This document shows, piece by piece, positions 45,532 to 55,650 of a DNA stretch of 64,000 nucleotides; within the stretch, counting starts at the first letter, position 1; every line of letters starts with the position of its first letter. Source of the stretch: Akkermansiaceae bacterium (GTDB taxonomy: Bacteria; Verrucomicrobiota; Verrucomicrobiia; Verrucomicrobiales; Akkermansiaceae). The DNA is taken from NCBI GenBank assembly GCA_051251915.1, contig JBPOGF010000002.1, positions 64,001-128,000 of the forward strand, read 5' to 3'. The notes below the pieces were generated by a model. The model did not search any database. It saw only the letters and a program-made list of their open reading frames with translations, and had not been told where the DNA came from. Made by a program: the position numbers and the translations under genes.

Positions 45532-46554
45532 ATGAATATTTTAGCCAGAATTATCATAGCTGCTTCTTTAACGGGAACGGTATCACATGCCTTAGATATA
45601 AATTTGAATGCAGCCTCAGGAATGAGTCAGGATTCGATCGATGCTTTCGAGATAGCTGCGCAATACTGGGAAGGTGTGTTGACTGACTCAGCGGTGGTTA
45701 ATATTGATATTGATTTCACTACGTTGAATCCAGGGGTGCTTGGATCTGCAGGCTCTACTACGCAGTCTATAGCTGTGAGTAGCTTCTTTGCTGCATTAGC
45801 TTTAGATAGTAGTTCGCCTAGTGATGATACAGCTGTGGCAAACTTGCCTGCATTGTCTGGTGTTGGTGGGATGGATTTTAGGACTCAGATCTTTGATGGC
45901 TCATCTATGGTTATGGGGCTGGATGATAATGATAGTGGGAATAATCTTTTCCTAGATCTGAATACGGCGAATGCTAAGGCATTGGGGTTATTTTCAGGTT
46001 ATGAAGCAGGAGTGGATTCAGATGCTTCTATTACCTTTAATGATGCGTTTTCATGGGATTACGATAATAGGGATGGTGTGGGTGCAGGGTTGCAGGATTT
46101 TGTGGGGGTGGCTATTCATGAGATTGGCCATAGTTTGGGTTTTGTTAGTGGGGTGGATACGATGGATGCCGTTATAGATAATCCTCAGAGTGTTCAAAAT
46201 TTCAGGGTGTTTTCAGGTTTGGATGTGTTTCGGTATAGTGCTGACGGGGTTCTGGATTTATCTGTAGGGACGGCCTCTTATTTTTCAATTGATGGTGGAA
46301 CTACCGCGCTGGCTGCATTTTCCACTGGGAGTTCTAATGGTGATGGGCAACAAGCTAGCCATTGGAAGGATAATCTTGGTATAGGTATTATGGATCCAAC
46401 TGCACAGCCTGCTGGCAATGTTAATGTGGTTACGGATCTAGATCTGCAAGCATTTGATGTGATAGGGTGGGACTTGGCGCAGGTGCCGGAGCCGACCTCG
46501 GTGGTGTTTTTGGCTCTTGGGGCATGTAGTGTGGTGTGGCGTCGTAGCAGATAG
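45532..46554 (+). CDS. PEP-CTERM-anchored zinc metalloprotease (NF038122-like)
   Basis: ANAKALG, HEIGHSLGF (HExxH), LDVFRY, QASHWKD, VPEPTS..WRRSR; start at MNILAR. Confidence 0.85.
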   Translation: MNILARIIIAASLTGTVSHALDINLNAASGMSQDSIDAFEIAAQYWEGVLTDSAVVNIDIDFTTLNPGVLGSAGSTTQSIAVSSFFAALALDSSSPSDDTAVANLPALSGVGGMDFRTQIFDGSSMVMGLDDNDSGNNLFLDLNTANAKALGLFSGYEAGVDSDASITFNDAFSWDYDNRDGVGAGLQDFVGVAIHEIGHSLGFVSGVDTMDAVIDNPQSVQNFRVFSGLDVFRYSADGVLDLSVGTASYFSIDGGTTALAAFSTGSSNGDGQQASHWKDNLGIGIMDPTAQPAGNVNVVTDLDLQAFDVIGWDLAQVPEPTSVVFLALGACSVVWRRSR

Positions 46555-46623
46555 TTAGTTATCTAGTTTTTTGATGTTATGAGATAGGGGTAATTTTTCA
46601 CGGAGGAATCTGGTTTGTAGAAA

Positions 46624-46641
46624 TTCAAATGGTTATTTGAA
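46624..46641. promoter_or_regulatory. Putative TetR operator
   Basis: Palindrome TTCAAAT-GGTT-ATTTGAA upstream of the tetR-RND operon; second TTGAA-AA-TTCAA at 46675-46686. Confidence 0.5.
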
Positions 46642-46687
46642 AAAATGATTTGATCTCTGTCAATTCCGAGACTATTGAAAATTCAAC

Positions 46688-47326
46688 ATGAAACACGATG
46701 CCAAAGAAAAACTGATACGAAGCGCCATAGAGGTGTTTGCGGAGCAGGGGTATCGTGCGGGGAAGATAGCGGATATTGTTAAGGGCGCGGGGGCTAATAT
46801 AGCTGCTGTGAATTATCATTTTGGTTCTAAGGATCAGCTTTTTGTTGAGGCGCTGAGGCAATCTTATGCTGATGCAGATGAGGTTTATCCGAGCCGGGGG
46901 GATTTACCGGAGAGTGCTACGGCTGAGGAGAAGATAGGGGCTTTGGCTAGTGCTGTATTGAGTAGGTCATTTGATTATGGTAAGGCGGGGAATTTTAATC
47001 GCATTATGAGTAAGACGATGAATATGCCGGGCTCGCCAGTGGAGATGATTTTGGGGGAGGTTGAGCAATTTGAGATCAAATATTTATCGACGGCTTTAGC
47101 TGAATATTTGGGCACGAAGGATGAGCCACTTATCGGGTGGGCGGTGGCTGTGTTTATTTCGCTTGCGACAATGATTTCGAAGTGTCCATCGGGAGCGAAG
47201 AAGCGGATCTTCAAAAATGAGCCTAATTTACAACCTAAGCAGAGTCAGATCGATGCGATGACAGCGTCTCAGACGGCAGCTATCTTTGCGGCACTGAATG
47301 CTTTGCCCAAACAATTTCCAACGTAA
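46688..47326 (+). CDS. TetR-family transcriptional regulator
   Basis: A.EVFAEQGY...I...AGANIAAVNYHFGSKDQL. Confidence 0.92.
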   Translation: MKHDAKEKLIRSAIEVFAEQGYRAGKIADIVKGAGANIAAVNYHFGSKDQLFVEALRQSYADADEVYPSRGDLPESATAEEKIGALASAVLSRSFDYGKAGNFNRIMSKTMNMPGSPVEMILGEVEQFEIKYLSTALAEYLGTKDEPLIGWAVAVFISLATMISKCPSGAKKRIFKNEPNLQPKQSQIDAMTASQTAAIFAALNALPKQFPT

Positions 47327-47332
47327 AACGAC

Positions 47333-48709
47333 ATGAATTCTAAGTATCTAATTTCTGCAACTATACTACCGTTAATGACCGTTGTGTCTTCATGCAGTAA
47401 TATGCCATTACAGCCAAAAGCAAAGGCAACTGATGCGAATCAGACTATAGCTGTTCCGAGTCAATTTGATGCGAGTCCACAACCGGTGCCTGAGGTGGCG
47501 AGTGGGTTGAAGTCGTTGTTTTCTGATTCTCGGTTGAATGGTTATGTGGATAAGGCTTTGTATTCTAATCCTGATTTACAGACGAGTTTGGCGAAGTTAG
47601 AGGAGGCTGGATTTAATACACGAAAGGCTTATGCTCCTGGTTTGCCGTCGCTTTCTGCGAGTGCTGCATTGGGTAGAACGAGGTCTAGTGGTTCTAACAC
47701 TGGGGTTTATTCTGCATCTCTGGATGCTCAGTGGGAGGTGGATGTTTGGGGGAGGATTCGTGCTGGTGTGGATGCGGCATCACGTGATCAGGCGGCGTTG
47801 GCAGCGGATCATGAGGCGTCTCGTCAATCGATAGCGGCGCAGACGATGCAGGCTTACTTTTCTCTGATCGCTTCGGAGAAATTGTTAGATTTATCGCAGC
47901 GACGTTTGGTTAGTTTTGAGCAGACTGTGAAGTTGGTGAATAGGCGCTTTGAAGCGGGTACTGGAGAGCTTAGTGATCTTGATTTAGCCCGCACGGATGT
48001 AGAGAATACACGTGCGCAGGTAGAAGAACGCAAGGACTCGCGAGACCAGGCTGCACGGCAGCTTGCTGCTCTAACTGGGAGCTACCCAAGTGCTGGGGCA
48101 TCGGTAAGAAGTTATCCATCTTTGAGACGAAGTGTTCCGGCAGGAGTTCCATCTTCAGTGATGTTGAAGCGACCAGATATTCATGCGGCTTATACGAGAA
48201 TCCTTGCTGCGGATTCTCGGGTTACGGTTGCGCATCGTGATCTTTATCCGAGTTTTCCACTTACGGCTAGTGCTGGGCAGAGTTCAAATGTGTTGAAGAG
48301 TTTAGCCGATACTAATTTTAGTGTGTGGTCGATAGCTGGTAATCTAACAGCTCCGATTATAGACGGGGGAAGTCGACGTTCAGAGCTAGGTGCTGCGAAT
48401 GCGCGAGCTAAGCAGGCGTTGACTACGTATCGGTCTACAGTGTTAGCTGCATTTCAAGAGGTGGAGAATGCGCTAGGGTCTGAGTATTATTTACAGCGTC
48501 AGGAGAGTTCATATACCAGTGCTCTTAGTGCGGCTCGAAGTGCGGAAGAGCGGACTCAAAAGAATTACGAAAAAGGTCTGGTGGAGATCCTTACATTTCT
48601 TGATGCACAGCGCCGATCTTTCACTACTGAGGAATCTCTTATTAATACTAAAGCTCTCCGTTACCAGAACCGAGTCAGCCTAGCGCTTGCATTAGGTAAA
48701 GGTCTCTAA
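47333..48709 (+). CDS. RND efflux outer-membrane factor lipoprotein (OprM/NodT type)
   Basis: Lipobox VSSC; NPDL, WEVDVWGRIR, RPDI.AA, AFQEVENAL, ALGKG. Confidence 0.92.
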   Translation: MNSKYLISATILPLMTVVSSCSNMPLQPKAKATDANQTIAVPSQFDASPQPVPEVASGLKSLFSDSRLNGYVDKALYSNPDLQTSLAKLEEAGFNTRKAYAPGLPSLSASAALGRTRSSGSNTGVYSASLDAQWEVDVWGRIRAGVDAASRDQAALAADHEASRQSIAAQTMQAYFSLIASEKLLDLSQRRLVSFEQTVKLVNRRFEAGTGELSDLDLARTDVENTRAQVEERKDSRDQAARQLAALTGSYPSAGASVRSYPSLRRSVPAGVPSSVMLKRPDIHAAYTRILAADSRVTVAHRDLYPSFPLTASAGQSSNVLKSLADTNFSVWSIAGNLTAPIIDGGSRRSELGAANARAKQALTTYRSTVLAAFQEVENALGSEYYLQRQESSYTSALSAARSAEERTQKNYEKGLVEILTFLDAQRRSFTTEESLINTKALRYQNRVSLALALGKGL

Positions 48710-48751
48710 CAGAAAAAATCTAACAGTAACACTCTAACAAATCTATTTATT

Positions 48752-49915
48752 ATGCCAAATTTCATCATTCGTGTCGTCGTTTCATTTGCCCTGCTTTTTG
48801 GAGCCTATGAGTTAGGTCAGTGGCTCATCAGTGGTAAGGAGGAACCTAAGGGCAAGAAGCCTGTTGTGGTTATCCCTACGGTGACTACTCTTAGAATTGA
48901 TAAGTCTAACCATCAGCCTGAAGTGGTTAGTTACGGGAATGTTCAGAGTTATTTTGAAACAAACCTTACCTCTGAGGTGGAAGGGAAAATCATCTTGGTT
49001 TCGAAGAATTTCCGTGTGGGTAAGATGGTTCAGGAGGGGGAGGTGCTGGCGATGATTGATGATACTGATTATCAAGCTGCGCTCGCTACTCAGAAGGCAA
49101 ATTTGATTTTACAAGAGCGCAATTTAGCAGAAGAGGAAGTCCGTTCACAGCAGGCTTCTGAGGACTGGGTTGCTTCTGGACGTAAGCTTACTACCGCTTC
49201 CTCTTATGTTTTGCGTAAACCTCAGTTGGCGGCAGCTGAGTCAAATATAGATTCGGCCAAGGCTGCGGTTAAGAAAGCAGAGGCTGATTTGGAGAGAACT
49301 AAGATTGTGGCTCCTTATGCGGCGATTGTTACGGAGAGAGTAGCCGCTCTTGGGAATTTCGCTAATGATAATACTTCGCTTGGGAGGCTGGTAGCAACTG
49401 AGAAAGCTGAGGTGCGAGTGCCTCTTACTGCTGAGCAGATGAATCAGGTTCAATTTTCTGACAAGGAGAAGACGGTTCTTAAGCTTACGATGCCTAGTAA
49501 GAGTGGGTTAAGTTGGGATGCTGAGTTATCTAGTTTAGATCCTACGATAGATACTCAGAATCAGGTGAGTTATGCGATTGCTACTGTTAATGATCCCTAC
49601 AAGTCACTAGAGAAAACGTTGCCTATTGGTAGTTTTGTGAATGTTGCTTTGCCTGCGAAGGAGATTAAAGATGCTTATAAGATTCCAGAGGCTGCTCTTG
49701 TAAATGATCAATTTTTCTGGATCGTGGGTGAGGATGATAAGCTGGTGAAGATAGAGGCTGAGCGTATTCAGAGTAGTGAAGGTTACGCTTATGTTACTGC
49801 GAAATCTGATTTAGCAGGAAGTGAGATCCAGCTTGTCTCACGGCCACTGAGCACGTTCCGCTCGGGATCTCAAGTGCAGGTAGAAAAAGATCAAGAAGAA
49901 GTTAATCAACCCTAG
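48752..49915 (+). CDS. RND efflux periplasmic adaptor (MFP)
   Basis: N-terminal TM; EVEGKI..G..V..GEVL..ID, hairpin, L.RT.I.APY. Confidence 0.9.
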   Translation: MPNFIIRVVVSFALLFGAYELGQWLISGKEEPKGKKPVVVIPTVTTLRIDKSNHQPEVVSYGNVQSYFETNLTSEVEGKIILVSKNFRVGKMVQEGEVLAMIDDTDYQAALATQKANLILQERNLAEEEVRSQQASEDWVASGRKLTTASSYVLRKPQLAAAESNIDSAKAAVKKAEADLERTKIVAPYAAIVTERVAALGNFANDNTSLGRLVATEKAEVRVPLTAEQMNQVQFSDKEKTVLKLTMPSKSGLSWDAELSSLDPTIDTQNQVSYAIATVNDPYKSLEKTLPIGSFVNVALPAKEIKDAYKIPEAALVNDQFFWIVGEDDKLVKIEAERIQSSEGYAYVTAKSDLAGSEIQLVSRPLSTFRSGSQVQVEKDQEEVNQP

Positions 49916-49961
49916 TCCGTCATTCCGTTCCCTAGCTTGAGCTATCCGATCACAATTCATC

Positions 49962-52900
49962 ATGAATCCACTTAAAAAACATCCTTTCATCACTTGGTTT
50001 GCAACGAATCCCGTTGTTGCGAATATCCTGATGTTCACTATTTTGGCGGCAGGTATTTTCACTTCGCTTACCGTGCGGAAAGAAGGTTTTCCGGCTTTTG
50101 CAGCTGAGACAGTCACTATCACAGTGCCGATTCGGGGTGGGACTCCGGAGAATGTGGAGCGTGGAGTTGCTATTAAGATAGAAGAGTCTTTAGAGTCTGT
50201 AGATGGGATACTGCATATCCGATCAGTTAGTACCGATAACCAAGCGGTGGTAACTGTGGAGGCAAAGGAAAAGTATCCGATCACGAAGCTACTTGATGAT
50301 ATTAAAGTTCAAGTGGATGCTATTTCTTCACTTCCTGAGCAGGCAGAGAATCCGGTGATTGAGGAAAAGAAGCGGGAGAATACTGTTCTTTGGGTTGAGC
50401 TATATGGGGATGCTTCAGAGGCAACGCTGAAAGAAGCTGCACGTAGTGTTCGCGATGAGTTGCTACGTCAGGATGCGATTTCAAAAATAGAAACATACGG
50501 CGGGCGCGATTACGAAATTTCTATTGAGCCTTCTGAGGAGAAGCTTCGGTTCTATAGTCTAACTTTCAGCGAAGTGGCTGATGCTGTTTCTAACAACTCG
50601 GTGGATCTTGGTGGCGGTGTGGTGCGCTCTGAGCGTGGAGATATTTCACTTCGTTCCCGTGATCAGGCTTATGTTAAAGAGGACTTTGAGAACATTCCGG
50701 TAAGGACGAATGCTGATGGGACGCGGATTTTTGTTAAAGATGTAGCGGTAGTGAGAGATGCGTTTGTGGATCAGGAGACACTTAATAGGTTTCGCGATAA
50801 ACCTACGGTGAGTTTGAAGATCTTGACAGAGGGTAATGACGATATTCTTAAGGCGGTAAACCAAGCACAAGAGGTGGTGGATAATTTTAAGGATTTGCCG
50901 GAGGGTGTTAGTATTGCTGGTTGGTTAGATGGAGCTACGAATATCCGAGACAGGCTAAATCTGCTCGGGACCAATGGTGCTATTGGGGTGCTTCTTGTGT
51001 TGGGGATTCTGATGGTGTTTCTCAACCTGCGGCTCGCATTCTGGGTTGCTATTGGTATTCCTGTATCGCTTGCTGGGGCGGTGACGCTTTTCCCTATTCC
51101 GGGGATTGATATGTCAGTGAATGTGATCTCTGCATTTGGTTTCTTAGTGGTGCTGGGTATCGTGGTGGATGATGCGATTGTTATTGGTGAGTCTATTTAC
51201 TCGGAGAAGGAAAATGCTAAGCATCCGGATGATCCTGAGTCATCTATACGGACGACTGTTAGAGGTGTGAGTAAGGTGGTTACACCTGCAACCTTTGGTG
51301 TGATTACTACGATTGCGGCATTTCTTCCACTTACTCAGGTGAGTGGGCGTATGGGTAATGTTTTCGGGCAGATTGCTACGACGGTTGTCTTCTGTCTGGT
51401 TTTCTCATTGGTGGAATCTAAGCTTATTATGCCGTCTCATTTGGCTCATATTAATGTTCACAAGAAGCCTAGGAATTTCATCACTCGTGGCTGGGCAAGA
51501 TTCCAGAAGGCTGTATCGAATGGCTTAAATTGGTTTATTGATAGGGTTTATAAGCCGGTGATTCATTTTTCTGTGGCTTGGAGATACGTGGTATTTTCCG
51601 GGTTCATTGGGATTCTGATTATTGTGATTTCTCTATTCCCGGCTGGGCAACTTAGGTTTGTTTTCTTCCCGAACATTTATCGAGATAATGCTTCTGCGGT
51701 GTTGGAACTAGAGCAAGGGCAATCTGTAAAATACCTGCATGAGACAGTGACACGTATGGCGAAAGCTGCTGAGATGTTAGGTGAGAGGTATGAAGATAAA
51801 TATAATCACAACCCATTTAAAGAAATTCAGATCTCAGCATCATCGAATACTACAGCATCTATAGCGGTAGAGTTCACTCGATCCACTGAAAGAGAATTTC
51901 TTGATACTGAGCAGATCGTGAATGATTGGCGGAAGGCTATTGGTCCTGTGGCTGGATCGCGTTCATTAACACTCAGTGCTAGAGCAGGTCCTCCGGGAGG
52001 GGATCTGGCGATTAACTTGGAAAGTGAGAACCTGGATGAACTCAAGCTAGCCGCTCAAGAGCTAAAGGAGGTGATCTCTACCTACCCTGGAGTCTATGAC
52101 ATTTATGATACCTTTGATTCTGGAAAGCCTGAGATTCTCTATACGATCACACCTGAGGGACAGGCTGCTAATTTGAATAAACTTGATCTTGCGAACAATG
52201 TGCGTGATGCATTCTTCGGAAGAGAAGCGCAGCGTGTTCAGCGTGGGAGAGATGAGGTTAAGGTGATGGTTCGCTACCCTATTGAGGAGCGTGGTTCTAT
52301 TGATACGCTGAGAAATATGCGCATCCGAAAAGCTGATGGTGCTACTGTTCCGTTCTATACTGTTGCGGGCACTCAGTATTCTGAATCTCTGGCTTCGATA
52401 GAGCGTTATGACAATAAGCGAGTGGTTGCGGTGGAAGGTTACGTGGATAAATCATCTACGTCTTCTCAGGAAGTTCTCACTAAGCTAAAGGAGGAGTATT
52501 TCCCTGAGATGTTGGCGAAGTATCCTGCCATTTCTATTAGTCAGAGTGGTGAAGCTGAAGAGAGAGCTAAGTCTCAGGCGTCGCTCAAGACGGGCTTCTT
52601 GTTCTCGTTCATCTTCATCTATATCTTGATTGCGATTCCACTGAAGAGTTACATGAAGCCTCTGATCATCATGTCAGTGATTCCGTTTGGGATTATTGGT
52701 GCTCTTATGGGGCATTACTTGATGGGGATACCGGTTTCTTTGCTCTCGGTGTTTGGAATCCTAGCTCTCTCTGGGGTGGTGGTGAATGACTCATTGGTTC
52801 TAGTTTGCCGAGTGGACGATCTTAGAGGAGAAGGGATGAGTTTGCCGGATGCTTGTCGTCAGGCAGGAGCTGATCGATTCCGGGCTATTTTGCTGACCTC

Positions 52901-53099
52901 GCTGACTACGTTCTTCGGGCTTGCTCCGTTGTTGTTAGAGACGGAGGTTCAGGCTCAGTTCTTGAAGCCGATGGCGTCTTCACTGGCGTTTGGTATTCTG
53001 TTTGCTACGATTATTACGCTGATCCTGCTTCCGGCATTGATGCTGATTCCTAGTGATATTAAGAAGGGATTTGGTAAGTTGTGGAATGCCTACAGGTAA
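49962..53099 (+). CDS. RND efflux permease (AcrB/AcrD/AcrF family)
   Basis: NPVVAN, GIVVDDAIVIGE, GVVVNDSLV, RFRAILLTSLTT; 1045 aa. Confidence 0.95.
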   Translation: MNPLKKHPFITWFATNPVVANILMFTILAAGIFTSLTVRKEGFPAFAAETVTITVPIRGGTPENVERGVAIKIEESLESVDGILHIRSVSTDNQAVVTVEAKEKYPITKLLDDIKVQVDAISSLPEQAENPVIEEKKRENTVLWVELYGDASEATLKEAARSVRDELLRQDAISKIETYGGRDYEISIEPSEEKLRFYSLTFSEVADAVSNNSVDLGGGVVRSERGDISLRSRDQAYVKEDFENIPVRTNADGTRIFVKDVAVVRDAFVDQETLNRFRDKPTVSLKILTEGNDDILKAVNQAQEVVDNFKDLPEGVSIAGWLDGATNIRDRLNLLGTNGAIGVLLVLGILMVFLNLRLAFWVAIGIPVSLAGAVTLFPIPGIDMSVNVISAFGFLVVLGIVVDDAIVIGESIYSEKENAKHPDDPESSIRTTVRGVSKVVTPATFGVITTIAAFLPLTQVSGRMGNVFGQIATTVVFCLVFSLVESKLIMPSHLAHINVHKKPRNFITRGWARFQKAVSNGLNWFIDRVYKPVIHFSVAWRYVVFSGFIGILIIVISLFPAGQLRFVFFPNIYRDNASAVLELEQGQSVKYLHETVTRMAKAAEMLGERYEDKYNHNPFKEIQISASSNTTASIAVEFTRSTEREFLDTEQIVNDWRKAIGPVAGSRSLTLSARAGPPGGDLAINLESENLDELKLAAQELKEVISTYPGVYDIYDTFDSGKPEILYTITPEGQAANLNKLDLANNVRDAFFGREAQRVQRGRDEVKVMVRYPIEERGSIDTLRNMRIRKADGATVPFYTVAGTQYSESLASIERYDNKRVVAVEGYVDKSSTSSQEVLTKLKEEYFPEMLAKYPAISISQSGEAEERAKSQASLKTGFLFSFIFIYILIAIPLKSYMKPLIIMSVIPFGIIGALMGHYLMGIPVSLLSVFGILALSGVVVNDSLVLVCRVDDLRGEGMSLPDACRQAGADRFRAILLTSLTTFFGLAPLLLETEVQAQFLKPMASSLAFGILFATIITLILLPALMLIPSDIKKGFGKLWNAYR

Positions 53100-53145
53100 G
53101 TTTTTGGGTCACTGTCAGCTCTAGAGGTTGGCAGTGATGATTGCT

Positions 53146-54198
53146 TTAAGTAGTGCTCCAGCTTAGGCGTTTTTTTAGGTAGAGCGAGAGGTGGACGAGT
53201 GCGATTAGGGCTGGGACTTCAATGAGTGGGCCGACTACTGCGGCGAAGGCTACACCGGAATCGATCCCGAAAATAGCGATGGCTACGGCGATGGCTAATT
53301 CGAAGTTATTTCCTGCTGAGGTGAATGCGATGCTGGCGGTTCTGGGGTAGTCTGTGCCGAGTTTGGCAGCCATGATGAAGCTAATGAAGAACATTAGCAC
53401 GAAGTAGATGAGGAGGGGGATGGCTATTCTGAAGACGTCCATGGGGAGGCTGACGATGGCATCTCCTTTGTAGGTGAACATGAGGATGATGGTGCCGAGG
53501 AGGGCGACGAGTGTGAGAGGGGATAGGCGTGGGATGAAGACGTCGTTGTACCATTCTTCGCTTTTTAGTTTCACGAGGAAGACTCTGGTTAGGAAGCCTG
53601 CTAGAAATGGGATGCCTAGGTAGATGAGGACGCTGTGGAAGATGTCTGCCATGGGGATGGTGACCGCGATGCCTTCTAGTCCGACGTATGTGGGTAGGAT
53701 GGTGATGAAAAGCCAGGCATAGGCGCTGTAGAAGAAGATCTGGGCGATGCTGTTGAAGGCTACGAGGGCAGCGGCGTATTCTCGGCTGCCTTTAGCGAGG
53801 TCATTCCAGACTAGGACCATGGCGATGCAGCGGGCGAGGCCGACTAGGATGAGTCCGACCATGTATTCTGGTTGGTCACGTAGTAAGGTGACGGCGAGTA
53901 TCCACATGAGGATGGGGCCGATGACCCAGTTCTGAAATAATGAGAGGCCGAGTAGGCGGATGTTAGAGAAGACTTGGGGGAGCTTGGAGTAGTGGACTTT
54001 TGCGAGTGGGGGATACATCATGAGGATGAGGCCGATCGCTAGCGGGATGTTGGTGGTGCCCACGGTCATGGGGGCGAAGAATGCTTTGGGGTCGGTGATG
54101 ATGAAATTTCCTATGGCGACTCCGAGTGCCATGGCGCAGAAGATCCATAGCGTTAGGAAGCGGTCTAGGCAGGACATGTGTTTGGTGACTGAGTTCAT
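53146..54198 (-). CDS. acr3: Arsenite efflux transporter Acr3
   Basis: [53 protein letters not shown]. Confidence 0.95.
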   Translation of the reverse strand: MNSVTKHMSCLDRFLTLWIFCAMALGVAIGNFIITDPKAFFAPMTVGTTNIPLAIGLILMMYPPLAKVHYSKLPQVFSNIRLLGLSLFQNWVIGPILMWILAVTLLRDQPEYMVGLILVGLARCIAMVLVWNDLAKGSREYAAALVAFNSIAQIFFYSAYAWLFITILPTYVGLEGIAVTIPMADIFHSVLIYLGIPFLAGFLTRVFLVKLKSEEWYNDVFIPRLSPLTLVALLGTIILMFTYKGDAIVSLPMDVFRIAIPLLIYFVLMFFISFIMAAKLGTDYPRTASIAFTSAGNNFELAIAVAIAIFGIDSGVAFAAVVGPLIEVPALIALVHLSLYLKKRLSWSTT

Positions 54199-54223
54199 GA
54201 TGTTCTTTGGGGGCGTTTACTGG

Positions 54224-54718
54224 TTAGCGTTTAAATTTTTGGCACAGACGGATGGCGCAGTTGATTTGCTCTTTTGACTCTAAGCAGCACTGACGTTTGG
54301 AGCGGATCCAGTCGACTGGGTTTGCGCCTTTTGGGATGTGGCCTTGTTTGGCGCACCAGGCAACGATGAATTGGCCGGTTCTTCCGCAACCGGCTACGCA
54401 GTGGATGACTACGGGTTCGCCAGCTTTGTGGTGTTCTTCCATGAGCTTTAGGAACTGGTCGATTTGCTTGTCTGAGGGAACTCCGTAGTCTGGGACGTTG
54501 ATGTGGTAGTAAGAGAACTCGTCTGGGACGTCTTTGCGGTTGTCGAATTCACAGCAGTTGACGACGGCTTTGATGCCATTTTCTTTGTAGAGGTCGAAAA
54601 CGTATGGGTCTGGCCACCATGAGGCGGCGATTTCGTCTTTGATGATCCAGGTGAATGGTTCTGTGCGTTCTGGCTGGCCTTTGGCTGGCCAATACCAAGG
54701 TCTGATAGGTTTGGACAT
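54224..54718 (-). CDS. Dual-specificity/protein-tyrosine phosphatase-family protein (CX5R)
   Basis: HINVPDYGVP (WPD-like loop) and HCVAGCGRTG P-loop; extra CC pairs. Confidence 0.88.
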   Translation of the reverse strand: MSKPIRPWYWPAKGQPERTEPFTWIIKDEIAASWWPDPYVFDLYKENGIKAVVNCCEFDNRKDVPDEFSYYHINVPDYGVPSDKQIDQFLKLMEEHHKAGEPVVIHCVAGCGRTGQFIVAWCAKQGHIPKGANPVDWIRSKRQCCLESKEQINCAIRLCQKFKR

Positions 54719-54793
54719 GGTCTGGATGTTAATGACTGGCTATGGAAAGTCAATTTGCTTCATGGGTTGAAAAAATATAATTACATCAGTTTG

Positions 54794-54822
54794 TTGTCAT
54801 TAACAATAGTTGTGCTATTGTT
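54794..54822 (+). promoter_or_regulatory. Putative promoter with overlapping palindrome
   Basis: TTGTCA (54794-99) and TGcTATTGT extended -10; palindrome AACAATAG-TTGTG-CTATTGTT (54802-22); ATG 6 nt after the -10. Confidence 0.45.
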
Positions 54823-54826
54823 CCTC

Positions 54827-55573
54827 ATGAGAAACCAACCAGAAGATAGAAATGAGATGGAGCGCCCTTGTAAAAAGGCAGCTAAAAAAGGTGCTAAGAA
54901 ATGTGCCAAAAAGGCGGCTTTTAAAATGGCGGTGGAGCAGGCGCGTAGTTCTAAGGAATCTGTGCGGCGCCGATTAGCGAAGGTGAAGGAGAGGGATCCT
55001 GTTCTTCCGCTTCCTAAATTTGTGAAAAGGGTGAACAAGATAGCTGAGCGTTATTTGCCGCCGGGTAGACCTTTAGATGGTAGGGTGACCTCGGAGTTTA
55101 ATGAGCGCACGGTAAGGCACTATCAAGGGAGAGATATTATTGATGCACCTGAGAAGGAGGGGAGGGAGGCGCGTTATTGTTACCGACATGTGATGCAAGC
55201 GGTGTTGACTAGAGTGTTGCTCGCTGATGGGTTTCGGGTTCCGATGATCCGTGAGATGCTAGCGGGTAAGACTGATGAGGATTATGAATCGCTGTTGGAA
55301 ATGGGGCCGATGCAGGCTAGGAAGTTAGCGCGAGGAATGCGTGGCGAAGGTAGGCGAGGTGACTGTGGATCTGTAGGATCTAGAGAGGGTAGGCAGGTGT
55401 TTGTGAGATTAGAGATAGAACCTGGTATTGAAGTTCATATTGCTCGTGGTGTTGCGGAGCCAGGGTCTAGGGAGGACGGTAGGGAACTTAGTGAGAGAAT
55501 AGCTGTGGCGGTAAGAGATGAGTTTCGGCATCGTCGTAGGCGTAGGCGCGGTCGTAGGTCAGAGGAGCATTAA
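54827..55573 (+). CDS. MerR-like HTH regulator with basic K/A-rich N-terminus and poly-Arg tail
   Basis: ERTVRHYQGRDIIDAP...GREARY..RH..Q......L..GF....IRE MerR-type wHTH; start uncertain. Confidence 0.7.
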   Translation: MRNQPEDRNEMERPCKKAAKKGAKKCAKKAAFKMAVEQARSSKESVRRRLAKVKERDPVLPLPKFVKRVNKIAERYLPPGRPLDGRVTSEFNERTVRHYQGRDIIDAPEKEGREARYCYRHVMQAVLTRVLLADGFRVPMIREMLAGKTDEDYESLLEMGPMQARKLARGMRGEGRRGDCGSVGSREGRQVFVRLEIEPGIEVHIARGVAEPGSREDGRELSERIAVAVRDEFRHRRRRRRGRRSEEH

Positions 55574-55650
55574 AATGTATATTATATGGCTATGTCTGGC
55601 TAAGGATATATAAGCTGGACATAGCCTATTTACGGTTTGCTGAAGCAACG

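Noticed and set aside
46688..53099. TetR-OMF-MFP-RND operon as a novel system
   Set aside because: Canonical tripartite efflux arrangement; substrate cannot be inferred from sequence
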